Of a stretch of 38,962 nt of DNA, positions 11,314-23,993 are shown one piece after another. The DNA lies in assembly GCA_010015805.1 (NCBI GenBank), contig ML978125.1:2356001-2394962 (forward strand), given 5' to 3'. The notes under the pieces are model-generated. The model saw only the letters and a program-made list of their open reading frames with translations, made no database searches and was not told where the DNA came from. Numbering within the stretch: the first letter of the stretch is position 1; every line of letters starts with the position of its first letter. The translations under genes and the position numbers were made by a program. Source of the DNA: Rhizodiscina lignyota. Its lineage: Eukaryota.

Positions 11314-13032
11314 ATGCGACTGCTCAACTCCGATACTCTCGAGCTCAAAGAATTCACGGAGAGAGACGTGCCCGAGTACGCCATCCTGTCTCACACATGG
11401 CAGGACGGTGAAGTATCGTTTCAAGACATGCAAAATGGGAATGCGAAGGAAAAGCCTGGGTGGCAGAAGATTGAAAATTTTGCTAAGGTCGCAAGAGAGT
11501 GTGGTTATGCGTGGCTTTGGGTGGACACATGCTCCATTGATAAAAGTAGTAGTGCGGAATTGTCAGAGGCCATCAACTCCATGTATCGGTGGTATGGGAA
11601 TGCCGTATTCTGCTGTGCTTATCTTTGCGACGTATCCGAACAGGGATTCTATGAAGAACTTGACAGCAGAGCCAGCGACTGGGATCGGGGTTTTGACTAT
11701 GCCTTTCGACATAGCCGGTGGTTCACCAGAGGCTGGACTTTACAAGAACTAATAGCGCCAGCAAAACTTGACTTTTATGTATCTGGGAAGGAAGGATGGA
11801 GTTCGTTGGGCAGCAAGGAATCTCTTCAAGAGAAGCTAAACAGCATAACCGGCATTCCCAAAGGCGTCCTGGTAGGGAAACATCACCATCGATCATTCAG
11901 CGTAGCTCAACGGATGTCGTGGGCTTCACGTCGAGAAACCACTCGTACTGAAGACATGGCATACTGCCTACTGGGACTATTCGAAGTCAACATGCCTCTA
12001 CTTTATGGAGAGGGAGAGAGAGCATTCACAAGACTACAGGAAGAAATTATTCGAGTCTCTGACGATCAATCCATTTTCGCATGGACCTCGCTATCCAAGG
12101 AAGAGGATGCCAGAGGGCTACTTGCGAGGTCGCCTGCAGAATTTCGGAATGCTCATGGTATCATTTGTTTCAGAGATTCGTCAGCTTCTCTACCATATAA
12201 TATGACAAACAAGGGGCTTTACATTCAACTACGACTCATTCCGAGGGGAGGACGGCTCCACCAAGGCTACCTTGCTGCATTAGACTGCCAACAGGAAGGC
12301 TGCTACGATGGACCGATTGGCATTTATCTGTCACGACTACCACATACACGCGACCAATTCGCCCGCATCGACCCAATGATCGAAAACATAAAAATTGCGA
12401 AGCTAGATCATGAATCTTCTCTGATAGCGATATATGTGAGACAAGATGAGATCCAACAACGTTCGGAAGGCAGTGGGTTAAGTTATTGGGTTCGGACGAA
12501 GCTGCCTGAGGGCTTTAAACCTTACGCAGTGCACGGAACTTGGAAAGAGCAGAGTTGTATCTTAAATGAGAAACAGGGCGATGGTATTGCGGCTTTGGCG
12601 TTCTTCAATTTACACCCAGAGGCAGCGCCTGCGGACTTCGGACTAGACTTCGTACTTGTCTTGAGTGAAAAGTCAGAACTGTTCCGGATGGAAGCTCGTG
12701 GGCTTGTTAACTGCAGCTACGTAATATTTCCTTTGGAACCTAACGATGGACCAGAAACGACTGACTTATGGGAAATGATGCTGCGGTCCTGGCGGATGAG
12801 TTCGAATCTCCAGTATGTTCAAAGATGGCCATGGCAGGTTCGGGTTCATATTAGCGATGGATTTGGCTTAGGACAGAAGAGGCGTATTGTAGATCTCGAA
12901 TACATTGATCTTGAACAGCTACGGGCGTTGTTGAACCCCAAGATCTGTCGCTTCGTGGCGATGATATGTGAATCGCCACTATCATTGGAGGAGCGCGCCG
13001 CCAAGGAGCGCCACGCCTTAGCAAGGAAGTAG
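11314..13032 (+). CDS. HET-domain (heterokaryon incompatibility) protein with uncharacterised C-terminal region
   Basis: Intronless 572-aa ORF. HET motifs: MRLLN, YAILSHTW, WVDTCSIDK, ELSEAINSMYRWY, SRWFTRGWTLQELIAP, followed by SVAQRMSWASRRETTRTEDMAYCLLGLF..MPLLYGEG and DQSIFAW. Confidence 0.93.
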   Translation: MRLLNSDTLELKEFTERDVPEYAILSHTWQDGEVSFQDMQNGNAKEKPGWQKIENFAKVARECGYAWLWVDTCSIDKSSSAELSEAINSMYRWYGNAVFCCAYLCDVSEQGFYEELDSRASDWDRGFDYAFRHSRWFTRGWTLQELIAPAKLDFYVSGKEGWSSLGSKESLQEKLNSITGIPKGVLVGKHHHRSFSVAQRMSWASRRETTRTEDMAYCLLGLFEVNMPLLYGEGERAFTRLQEEIIRVSDDQSIFAWTSLSKEEDARGLLARSPAEFRNAHGIICFRDSSASLPYNMTNKGLYIQLRLIPRGGRLHQGYLAALDCQQEGCYDGPIGIYLSRLPHTRDQFARIDPMIENIKIAKLDHESSLIAIYVRQDEIQQRSEGSGLSYWVRTKLPEGFKPYAVHGTWKEQSCILNEKQGDGIAALAFFNLHPEAAPADFGLDFVLVLSEKSELFRMEARGLVNCSYVIFPLEPNDGPETTDLWEMMLRSWRMSSNLQYVQRWPWQVRVHISDGFGLGQKRRIVDLEYIDLEQLRALLNPKICRFVAMICESPLSLEERAAKERHALARK

Positions 13033-13236
13033 GATATATCGAGTGAACACGGGACCTTTCTTAAGCCTAGTCCAGTTCGGGAAGACATTTGAGCCGGCAT
13101 TGCAAGTGTATAAGGGGACCTAGAAAGTGATAGGGATTGAGACTCATGGTTGACCTCAATTAAGCTTCATACATATCCATGCCAATCCACTGCACAGCGA
13201 AACAAGGCAACTGGCAATATAGGTCTTTATCGACTT

Positions 13237-14915
13237 CTACTTTCTCAAATCGACGACCTCGAACTCCAGTCCCGGCAGTTCACACACGTGACCCGGTTTC
13301 ATGGCATCGGTGTAGAGATTCGTCTCGGAGTGTGGATGGAAGATTCCCGATTGTCGGCAGCTCAAGATATGCTTCAAACCAGGCGGGTCTGTAAGGCGGA
13401 AGACACCCCATCTGTACAGTAAGTCAGCTTCATGCAATTATCGTTACAACACACCTATCCCTCAGTGGTTTGGATATGAGGGACCACTTACGACGGCTCA
13501 TGTCGCGGCGCGCAAACAATCGCAATGCTCTCCGCCATCTGCGCCTGGTATCCTCCATGCGTATGCAAATCTCTACTGCTCATAAAACACGTCTGCGTGG
13601 GATGCGTGTGTATCCACCCCAGCGTCAACAGGTCTTCTCGATCACAATATTCCCACAGGCCGACCTCGTCGGTCATCTCGCATGTGTCACTGGTCGCTTC
13701 CTGCTCCGGGATGACGAGCTTGCTGATGAAGAAGGCGTTGCTGATGAGGGTGCCGCACAGTATGCCGAGAAATTCACGATTCATAGACGTCGCCTGTGAG
13801 GCAAAGGAGAGGAATTTAGAACGCAGGTTTGGAGGGAGGAATATGGTGCGCAGGGGAGTGCCGGATTCGAGAAATGCGGAGGGCTTGAATGTAAAGTCAC
13901 GAGGGTTGACGTCTGGAGTTGCGGTGGTCGAACGAGGTACTGGAGAAGGTGTGTTCCGATCATCGTATGAGACCTTTGAAGGTAGTGGTGGCGGTGACTG
14001 AGAATACTCTCGTTCTTTCGGCGGTAATGAAGGGGGGCCTGAATCAAGTTGCCGTAATATTTCCCTCGCGGGCGACTCTCTACTCCTGTATGTCGGTGGA
14101 GATTTCGCCTTCATGTCGAAATCGCTCTTTTGTGGTACTGTAGGATATCTCGGAGGCGCGGCCACAAATTTTGCGCCGTTAGAACTTCGTCTATCATTCC
14201 GATCCTGGAAAGTTTGCTGGCCGCGTTTGCCTGCTTCTATAATGTGCTTGGAAAGGTCATCAGGCCCCTCCTGCTCCGCTGTGTATGCTTTACGGCGCTT
14301 CTTCTCCTCTCTGCGTGCAAGCTTCGCAGCCAAGTCGCGATGTTCTTTTGCCTCCAAACTCCGCTTTTGATTGATTGAAGAATCTCCCCTATTCCCGCCT
14401 AGATTCATGCCGTCCATCTCATCTGCGAGACTCGCCTCCTGCTGCGCGCCGTTCCTCCGCCTCTCATCTGCCGCTTTCTCGCGCTCCTCTCTTCGTCGAG
14501 CCATAGCCTCTTCATATCTCTGATGTCGTTTATTTATTCCTGGCCTCAACTCTTCCAAGGTCTTGAGGTTCCGATGGACAACCTTGTTGGCCTGCGCCAA
14601 CGGCTTTCTATTCTCAGCCAGCTTCGCCTCTGAATGTGTTGGCAGCTTTTCGATGACAAGGAGAGCATGACGGAGGAAGAAAAGGTAGGCATCTTGGTCA
14701 TCGCCATCTCGTTGGTATGACTGCGCCTGCAATTGGAGGTTAGTATTTGCCTTAGAAGTGTATCGGGGCTAATGGTTAACCTGTTTCTGTATTGCATCGG
14801 CTGTCCGGAGCCAGTATCTAAGAGGTATGTCTGGGTCGTAGTCGTAGTCTGCCGCTTTTCGACTAATCTCTTCGACATTTAAAGGTGTCGGGAGATGGAC
14901 GGCGTTCGCGGCCAT
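13237..14915 (-). CDS. AMSH: AMSH/STAM-binding-protein-like JAMM metallo-deubiquitinase
   Basis: Exons 14915-14781, 14726-13492, 13411-13237. N-terminal PLRYWLRTA...AYLFFLRHA (USP8/MIT-like). JAMM core EFLGILCG...GWIHTHPTQTCFMSSRDLHTH, then ESIAIVCAP and WGVFRLTDPPG. Confidence 0.93.
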
Positions 14916-15317
14916 TGTGGTTGATGGGGCAGAGGGCTTTTCTCGAAGGGTTTCCAGTAATTGTCAGTAATCCTCAGCACATGTATATGGTGTTCAGCCG
15001 GGCATGAGGGCGGAGGCAAAGATGTCAAGTGAAAAGAAGCCGGATCTCACCGCGAAAGGCATTCTTTATGAATATTGCTGATGCCTGAAGGCGTGTTGAA
15101 GTCGCGCGTGGCTCGCATCTTGCGTCACGTCTACATGGGTACCACGCGAGCTGCAGGCATGTGTGGGGGCTCCATAACGTGCATAACCACCCGATTTTCC
15201 ATCTTTACCGTAGATAACAGATTGATGTGGACAGATCCTATACTGTACTAATGGCTTACGAGCTATCCTCGTTATACTTGTATCGATGCTGTCAGGAGTC
15301 AAGATATGCATTTCCAT

Positions 15318-16892
15318 CTATAGCCCAGTGCCATAACTCTTAACCCGACTCCAGTAGAACGCCCGATCGTTCTTCAAGCCGAATTCCGCCCAATCGTCCG
15401 TGAGCTTATTGTAGCTCCAGTATCCTTTCCAGTTTAGCTTATTGTTTCTCGCGCCTCGACCTGCGCTACCGAACACAAATTGCATGCGATATGTATACTT
15501 TGGCACGACACCCTCTGTCTCCACGTGCAAATCGCCCTCCTGCTCTGCTTCCACATCTCCTACCACGAACGCAGGATCCGGTCCGCTTAGCCGCCAACGC
15601 CCACTTAGTGCATCCTTCATGCATACACCTGGCAGGCCCGGGGCATAGTATTCTTTGTGCACAGCGTCCTTTTGCAAGTGGTGCACAACGTCGGCTGGCT
15701 CGGCGGTTGTAAGTAAGCTGATGACAGAGCCATCCCGGAAGAAGCGGAGGTAGCGGTAATAGGTGACGATTAGAACTGGCGAATTCCAAGTTATATGCGT
15801 AGGTGAGGATGCACCCGGACGTGCGTAGTTCACGGTGCTTATATAGCAACCATTGAAACGTATGCGCGGCCGTTGGCGGAAGAGATGGCGATACGTAGGG
15901 TATGCGGGCGTTAGGGGAATAGATATTGTAGCTGGAGTGGACATAGGATCGTCTGAGGAGGAAGAGCCGAGAACATAACCATCTTCCCCGTCGTCGCCAA
16001 GTGGTTTGCCTTTAATCGTGCAGCCGAAGCGATATCGCATAGCTGCAAAGCCATACTCATGGCCTGTCACGATGCGCTTCCAGATGCGATCTTCGGTAAG
16101 AACGAGATACGCGAGGCGTTTACAGACTTGCGCGAGCCTGGCAAACGACGCCAGATCGACAAGCGCGGTATGCAGGAGAATGTCGATGAGGAGCTCTTCG
16201 GGAATTTCAGACAGTGGGCATGGTGGAGGCTGCGACAGATCTGTTGGAGGCGGCTCGCCTTGGATCGAGAGCTGTGAAAATTCCGCGAGAAGGTCGGACA
16301 TCGACGCAGACAGACCATATAATGAGTGGTGAGCTGTACTAGGCACTGTAACAGGTGCATTGGATGGGTTGGAATTCTGCGGTTTAGGAACATGTGGAAA
16401 GTGCTTGTTCTTGTATGTCTCGTGAACTTTGTGATCGAGCTGCCAGGTTGAAAACATCAGTAACTGGAAACAACGTCAGGGACTACCATCTGGAGAATTC
16501 CTTACTCTGAAAGCCTTCCTATACAAGTTGACGCTGTCGCCTAAACTACCTTGTGTCTCCTTCTCAACCGCCTTTTCATAATGTTCCAGAGCCGACTGTG
16601 GTTCACGAGGAGCCTCTGTCTCTTCGCCATCAAGTCTTCTCCCTGTTTCCCGTTCGTCTAGGTCATGGTAAGACCGCGGCTCGATGTCCTCCCACCCATG
16701 ATCTGCAGGTCTGTATGTAGCATTCGGCGGCTGCGTGGCGGTTCGTTTGGAGGAACTTGGTCCGGCTGCGGGTAATGCGCTATCAAAATTAGAGGAGCGC
16801 TGAGTAGTACTTGAAGTCGTCTGCTTCTTCTTGCTAACTTCCTCTTGCCACCTCTTTCGGAAGTTTTCGAGCTCTGCTTCGGTCTGGTTCAT
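15318..16892 (-). CDS. HRT3: F-box protein, Hrt3/Pof7 (FBXO9-like)
   Basis: Exons 16892-16506 and 16439-15318. Motifs: ELENFRKRWQEEV; ALEHYEKAVEKETQGSLGDSVNLYRKAFRL; F-box LSEIPEELLIDIL; RPRIRFNGCYIS...VTYYRYLRFFRDG. Confidence 0.9.
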
Positions 16893-17174
16893 GATGGTGG
16901 GGAATCTCAGCACAAGCTATAGTTTGGAAGTAGAGACAAAGAGAGAAGGCCAGTCTAAAGATAGGACATTTTAGGAATACTGTACAATCAATCTACCAAT
17001 CAATCGGAGGTGTCACAAGGCGTATTCACAAGGGAAAGCGCACGATCGAATTGGCAACGACTTTCGGAGGTGGTGAGTCTTAAAGTGATCGTTAATACGG
17101 ATATGGATCGGAGATAAGCACCCGCCGGGATCGGGCCGACGTCACGGTGAGGGAAAGTTTAGAATGAGCGCGTC

Positions 17175-18715
17175 ATGTCGACTCACCATCTTTTTCATCC
17201 AATACACAAATCTGCACAATGGCACCCAGTCGAGCTGTGTGACCTTCATCAACGCCAGTGGAGCTTCCAAGAGGCAGTAACGCGCGACGAAATGTCGCTG
17301 CACAATACCCACGCGCCTACCGAGGTGCACGAGAGCTCGACTGGCCCGGGTGGCCAAAGACATGATAGAATAGAGCAAGACTTCAGAGGCTTTCCGACGG
17401 CGTCAGAAGATGCAGACGATACATCTAGCAATCCAGATGTCTCGATAACGCAAAGAATGGCGTCTGCTGTTCTTGGCAGCGTCTTAACTTCTCTACTAGG
17501 TTCGTGTCGGAACTTTCATATCTTCATCCCGTACCGAAGCTAATCTCTCATTCAGCCACCCCTCTGGACGTTGTTCGCGTCCGATTACAGTCGCAGCACC
17601 AATCAGTGCGTCCTCCTGTCTCAAATACGATACCCCATATACACTCGACGCCCGGGTCAGCAAACTTCTCGAACCTTCCTCCAAATCTAGGCATCACTGC
17701 TTGCTGCCGCGAAGTCTTCTGGGTTAATAACAACACTACGTACTGTGTGGCATCGCCAAATGTGGCAATAGTCAACAATCCCACGATTGCACGTCGTGCT
17801 GCAGAGTGTGCTGCGGAAGAGGCACAGCGCAAGACCTACACATCCACGTTCGACGGATTGAGCAAGATAGCACGAAATGAGGGCCTGTCATCATTATGGC
17901 GGGGATTGACGCCTACGCTTGCCATGGCTGTTCCTGCCAATGTGATATATTTCGCTGGATACGACTGGTTGCGATACAGCAAAGAGTCTCCGTTTCAGAA
18001 GCTGAACGTTGGCGAGACCTACACACCTCTAGTTGCTGGCTCCGCTGCACGAATACTCGCGGCAATAGCAGTTAGTCCAATCGAGATGTTCCGGACGCGG
18101 ATGCAAGCTAGTAGCTCAACTACCACAACCGGCCATCTTAGGGAGACATTCAACGGACTGTCGGAGATGGTGTCAACTCAAGGGTATCGGAGTTTGTGGC
18201 GTGGTCTCACCCTCACATTATGGCGTGACGTGCCGTTCAGTGCCATCTATTGGTGGGGCTACGAATACGGTCGGGATGTCCTCACAGATGTTCGCGAACG
18301 TGGTCAAGGACGCGAAATACCGACTGGCCGGCCGAGAAGCCAGTCTCGGAGTCAGCAAAACCACACTGAAACTCTTATTGATAGCTTCATCGCAGGGGGC
18401 TTGTCTGGTGCTGTAGCTGCACTAGTCACAACACCGTTTGATGTCGGAAAAACGAGACAACAAGTCGTCAGGCACTCATCCGACATCATGAGTAGACGAC
18501 CTGCTGGGGCAGAGCGGCTGCCGGAAGAGCTAAACATGCCTCGATTCCTGTTGCACATTTTTAAGGAGCAAGGAACAAGTGGGTTGTTCAGGGGCTGGGC
18601 GGCACGATGCTTGAAAGTTGCGCCGGCCTGTGCGATTATGATCAGCAGCTACGAGATCGGAAAGAAGATGGCCACCGGGATGAATGAGAGGAGAGAATCG
18701 AGACGGCAGGATTGA
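17175..18715 (+). CDS. MTM1: Mitochondrial carrier protein Mtm1 (SLC25A39/40-like)
   Basis: Exon 1 from ATG 17175 (alternatively 17292) to 17499; exon 2 17556-18715. Three carrier signatures: PLDVVRVRLQ, PIEMFRTRMQ, PFDVGKTRQQ. Also the CCREVFW insertion and the KVAPACAIMISSYE ending characteristic of the Mtm1 clade. Confidence 0.9.
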
Positions 18716-19307
18716 CCGTACTAGGTGCTGTATTATATTATTTTTGGTGGCGTTTTGGCGGCATCTCCCAACGCATCGCTTGGCGCAGAGTAGACGTGGA
18801 TTAGACTTGCAGCGCTTTGATTGGAGTTTTGGCTTTCCTCTGCGTGTTCATAGCATCGAGAGGAGGCCTCCGCATCTTACGAGATTGTCAGGGATATGTA
18901 CTGCTACCACTAAATTCAACAATCATGAGCATTTCAGTTCGCAGTGTCCGTGTTAGAATCTGAATACGTTACTTAGCGCAAAATGTCTGGTATTTAGATA
19001 TTATTCAGCATTCAGGCGCATGCTCAGAAGCCCACTGGAACCATTCCCGTCAATGCTACTCCTGCCCTCGGCAAACCGACATAAATTGATTTTTAATTGC
19101 GTTGATTTCAGAGCTCCAACACAATTTCGAAATCATGCCCAGTTACTGAATTATCACTTTAAGCTATAAAGACTAGAGCTGAAGAGCTGCGGACGATCCA
19201 TCTAAAGGTACATATAGACGTCATCGTGTGCCGCAATATCGTTCATAACCAAACTGCTAAAGCTTTCTTAATTTCCTTCTCATTCAACGAATATCCATCC
19301 TCTCAAA

Positions 19308-20481
19308 ATGGTCAACATCCTCGTGTACGTCTTTCATCCAATTCCATGCTGCCACGCCTGCTAATCATCGTCCAGAACTGGTGCGACTGGATACATTGGC
19401 GGAGATGCTCTCTACGCCATTGCAAACGCTCTCCCTGACCCGGACAATATACAATTTACCTGCACGGTGCGTGATAGCGACAAGGGTGCTATAATTGCGA
19501 AGGAGTACCCAAAAGTCAAGCTTGCGTATGGCGACCTCGATGCATATGACATGCTTGTTGAAGAAGCTTCCAAGGCGGACATAGTTCTGCGTACGTTCAA
19601 TGTGATTGAATGGGCCTTCTCGGCTCAACTGCATCGACTGACACTAACTGTGATCAGACTTTGCGAATTGTGATCACGAAGGCGCAGCCAACGCTATTGT
19701 CGAGGGACTCTCGAAGCGGTCGGGCACGTCATATCTCATCCACACTTCTGGTACTGGTATCCTTACCGTCGAGGATGTGCATGCAAATGTCGTCGGCAGA
19801 GCATCCAACAAGGTGTATGATGACTGGGACGGCATCAAGGAAGTTACGTCTCTCCCCGACGACGCATGGCACCGCAAGGTCGACAAGATCATCTTAGGCG
19901 CCCACGAGAAGTCCGGCGGCAAGATCAAAACGGCAATCGTCTGTCCGCCGACCATCTACGGCCCCGGAAGGGGCCCGGGCAACAAGAAGAGCGACCAGGT
20001 GTACAAGATGGCGGCGTACGTGCTGAAGAGCGGGAAGGCATTCATGGTGGGCGAGGGCCTGAACACATGGACATACATCCACGTGCACGACCTGAGCGAC
20101 CTGTATCTCAAGCTCACGGAAGCGGCGTTGCAAGGTGGCGGCAATGCTACGTGGAATGAGGAGGGCTACTACTTTACCGAGAACGGCGAGTTTCTGTGGG
20201 GCGAGATGGCGGAGAAAGTTGCTCAGGAGGTGTATAAGCAAGGCTTCATAAAGGACCCGACGGTGGCCAAACTCGGTATGGAGGAGGCGAATAATGCAAC
20301 CCCGAATGGAGGACGGAAATGGGGACTGAACTCGAGATGTCGTGCGACCAGGGGAAGGAAGTTGCTAGGGTGGAGTCCGAAGGGCGAGAGCATCGAGAAC
20401 TTGCTGCCTTCCATTGTGAAGGGAGAAGCAGTTGATTTGGGGCTGAGTAAGACCCATGCAGCAGAAGCAGCAGGAGAGTGA
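19308..20481 (+). CDS. Atypical SDR / NAD(P)-dependent epimerase-dehydratase-like protein
   Basis: Exons 19308-19324, 19376-19590, 19658-20481. Motifs: TGATGYIGG, IHTSGTG, AIVCPPTIYG, IHVHDL, LLGWSP. Confidence 0.9.
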
Positions 20482-20889
20482 GCAATATTTCTCTCTGATA
20501 GGGGTAAAATGGCTCAAACTGATTTGCATTTATCCTGATTTCCACGGTATCAATGCAAGTTTAAAATCACGGTTGCTAAAATCTTAGCTTGAGCCACAAT
20601 GGGGACCGAAGAGCGCCAGGCTCCAAAAACTCTTGCAATTTTCAATCTGAGTTTATGATTATAGTGGTTCTGAGGGTACTAAACACTAAATTTTAAGTTT
20701 TGGCTTGCGAAACGCCATATCAGTTGCGCCCAAACATGCCATTCCATCGCACAGCAATTTGGTGTGTAGGATATAATGATCTGAGAGATCTCGAACAGAA
20801 ATTCTTTTTGAATCGCCCGCCGTCGCTATGCCTCAAGATATTCTCTCACACAAAGGAAAGATATGAGATAGCTTAAGGAAATTCCTCCA

Positions 20890-21705
20890 TTACAACATGG
20901 CGCCCGTGACCATGCTGAAAACCAGCAGGCCGACGGCGAAGAGTCCACCCTTGGACATCCCTGCACCAGGGACTTGGACCGAAGCAGCGGCTCCTGTGAA
21001 TGATTGGAGCGGCGCGGTGTTGGTAGGAGAACCGGAGGGCGAGCCGGAGCCTAGGAAAGTGTTACCGGTCGAGTTTCCGTTGGGGAATGGCGCACCAGTG
21101 CCGGCGGCAGCACCACTGGCTGTGGCAAAGCCAGTGGGTTGCGCGGCACCACTGGCCGTTAGAATGTTGCCCGTACCTCCAATTGTGGTACCTGTACCCG
21201 CCGCACCGTTGGGTCCAACACTCGTGCTTGCTACCACAGTCTCGCCGGGGCCGGCAATGGCGTTGGTGGCAGCGACGACGTTAGTAGAGCCGGAGTCGGA
21301 GTTGGAGTCAGAGCCGGCTGAGATGGTGGTGCTCACGCCGTTAATGTTGATATCATTGCCGCCGTTTCCGCCCTGGATCTCGTTAAAGCTGTTCCCTGAG
21401 CCGCTGCCGCCGCCATTGCTCTGACAAGAGACGGAATTGTCGTTTCCAATGCCGCTGAGACAGTTTGAGACAGAGTTGATGTCGGACGAGCTTGCCGAGC
21501 AGAAGAAACCGCAGCCGTCAGCGAAAGTGGCGATCTTGGAGGATCCGCAGCATTTCTGATACGGTGACAGGTCGCTGCCCTGCGGAGTGAAGGTGCATCC
21601 AGATTGGCCTGAGGAGGACTGGAAGGTGATTGCCTGGTTCGCGCAGGAGGAGGGAGTCGGCAAGACACCGGCGACGTTCGTGACTGTTGACAAGGACTGG
21701 GACAT
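20890..21705 (-). CDS. Cys-rich, Gly/Ser/Thr-rich protein with C-terminal GPI/membrane-anchor-like tail
   Basis: 271-aa ORF. N-terminal region has 8 Cys (C..C..CC..C...C..C..C), then a low-complexity G/S/T/A stalk and the hydrophobic end GLFAVGLLVFSMVTGAML. Confidence 0.8.
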   Translation of the reverse strand: MSQSLSTVTNVAGVLPTPSSCANQAITFQSSSGQSGCTFTPQGSDLSPYQKCCGSSKIATFADGCGFFCSASSSDINSVSNCLSGIGNDNSVSCQSNGGGSGSGNSFNEIQGGNGGNDININGVSTTISAGSDSNSDSGSTNVVAATNAIAGPGETVVASTSVGPNGAAGTGTTIGGTGNILTASGAAQPTGFATASGAAAGTGAPFPNGNSTGNTFLGSGSPSGSPTNTAPLQSFTGAAASVQVPGAGMSKGGLFAVGLLVFSMVTGAML

Positions 21706-22961
21706 GTTGATCGTAGTGATGAAGGAAAATATGAAATAAGGAATTAGGGAATAGTCCTAAGAAATAGTCGTTGCTGATTCTGTTTGTCGAGAAACGAGAG
21801 TCGGTGGTTGTTTTTATGATAGGAAACACAATGAAATATGAAAGCTGAAACAAATCGAAGAAAAGACGATGGCAGGCGCTTGTTGAGGAAGATGACGAAC
21901 GAAAAACAGAAGGCTGAAACTTGAGTATTTACAATTCTGGGGGAGGAGAGGTCGACGTATGGGGAATGCAGGCGTGCTTGGTGCAGGCTGGGGCTGAAAT
22001 AAGCTGACTGCGGTTGAGACAACCGCGAAAAGAGGACGACGCGTACGACCATACGCAGGCGCTGAGGGCCATTAGGTACGAAAAACTGCTTCATTTAGCA
22101 ACTGTTGACGTCGACTTCAGGTATAAACCAAGGAACGGCCATGTTTGGTCACTTGCTGATTTCGTGCGAGGCTCGCAACAGAAGTTTTGAAACATAAGCC
22201 TAGCACACGTCCTCTCTGCAGCAAAGCGAGCGGCTGGTACTCGTTCTCGTCGAATTTGACTTGCATGATATCTCTGCTCTGTCTTCGTCTCGCTGTCTGT
22301 TGCTCGCAAAGGCAATTCAGCTACGGGGTGGTGATATTGGCAGCTAAGCCCAGCGGTGTGCAGGAGTTGAAGGAGGGATGGCCATGCTAAGCCTTTCGCC
22401 TCGCCAATAAGCTTCTCATTCTGCGGGGCGCATCCTTCAAATCGTTTCTATTTTTCTGTGGTCACGTGCGTTAGGGGACGTAAATCTTTGCCCTCTTTAT
22501 TAAACATCTTAGATGACCATCTCCAGTTCGAGAGCACAAATCTCAATCATCTCACACTTGGCCTTGCGGTTTGCCGACTGAGCCTCACCGTACCGTATTC
22601 ATCATCTCGAGCCTCAACACAATATGTATCCTTGGCTTTTGGCAGCAGAAGCGAAGCGGATAGAGTCAGCATTCGATACCCGGGTACCTGTAACCAGAGA
22701 AGGCACAAAGCGTGGTCAATGCATTTCATTTGAAATGTTCTGTTTAAGAAATCGACCCATCAGTCCCAAAGTCGTCATCAGAATCATGCCGTCTGAAGTT
22801 GTAGTATACAAGCCGAGAAAGTCATAATCGTACCCACGAAAGCATCAAACTCCTAGTTCATGTCCCATGTCCCGTAGCGCCATGCAAGGCTTGAGTGATC
22901 GGAAAGTGTCACCTCTGTTCATCGCCCTTTTTGCGCCAGCGCTGTCAAGTCATGAGTGGAT

Positions 22962-23993
22962 TCAATCGCCACGGCGGCCCTCGAATCCGAATTTGCCCAA
23001 TCCGCTGCTACCATCGGTCTCAAGCCCAGCCTCGTGCCTCTCAAACGTATCTCCCATGATGCGCTCGGCAGTCTCAGCTCCGGTGGGGCTGCGCCCGCTG
23101 GCCATCTGCTCCATGCCAGTGGCTGGGGGTGGCGTCCTGCTCACTGTGTCGACAACGCCAGCGTCATACGTCATGCCATCAATCATCCTAGCATCCTGCC
23201 TCTGGCCCTCAGTGCTGCCGGCGCCCTGCGAGCTCGGGTTCTGAGGCGTGTCACCCCTCAAATAGCCAGGGACGGCGCCGCTCGTCGTTGGCGTGACTTT
23301 ACCAGTCACCGGGCTTCCAGGTCCACCACCAGCAGTGCTATGCGCTCGGGCAGGCGTGCGCGCACCCTCACCGAAGCCGACCAGGCTTGCTGCCTCGTCA
23401 CTGAATCCGCCAACACTGCTTGCAGTCTCTGCTTCCATCTGCGCATCGCGGTCGCCATCTGCTGAGGCCGGGATATCTTGATCTTCGCTCATCTTGTCTG
23501 GATCATAGACATCGCTGCCACTTGCCCACGTGGTACGGCCGCCAACACTTCCAGTCGCTGAAGCTGAACCCACGGTGCTACGCTCACGCATGATCTGAGG
23601 ATTGTTGTTCTGATCGAAGTAGGCAGGTGCTTGAGATGCGTGACCTTGTGCGCCTCCAGCGTAAGGTGCGAGGTTCGAAGGATTGCGGGGCGCTGTGGTG
23701 CCAGGCACAACGCGCTCGAGTCCTGCTAGACGAGAGATGCGGTCGGCGCGTTCGGCATCCATTGGATTCTGATGATGAGGGAGATGGCCGCGATGACCAT
23801 CTTTGATAGCAACGGTGGAGAGCTCGGACATGGAAGTAGTGCCAGAGTTGGGAGTACCTCTTCGGCGTGAGTTAGCATTGCAACGAGACACAGAAGTGGC
23901 ATTGTAAACAACTTACGGGATGTCCGAGGGAGTGACAGCATCCGACGGAGGCGGAGGAGGGAGATTGATCAGGGTTGGAGCGTTTCCAGTCAT
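22962..23993 (-). CDS. rfeF: Conserved low-complexity fungal protein, resembles proteins annotated as RfeF
   Basis: Exons 23993-23917 (MTGNAPTLINLPPPPSDAVTPSDIP) and 23859-22962. Motifs GTPNSGTTSMSELST, ERADRISRLAGLERV, ASLVGFGEGARTP. The gene model is solid; the RfeF name is from recollection and needs a BLAST check. Confidence 0.7.
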
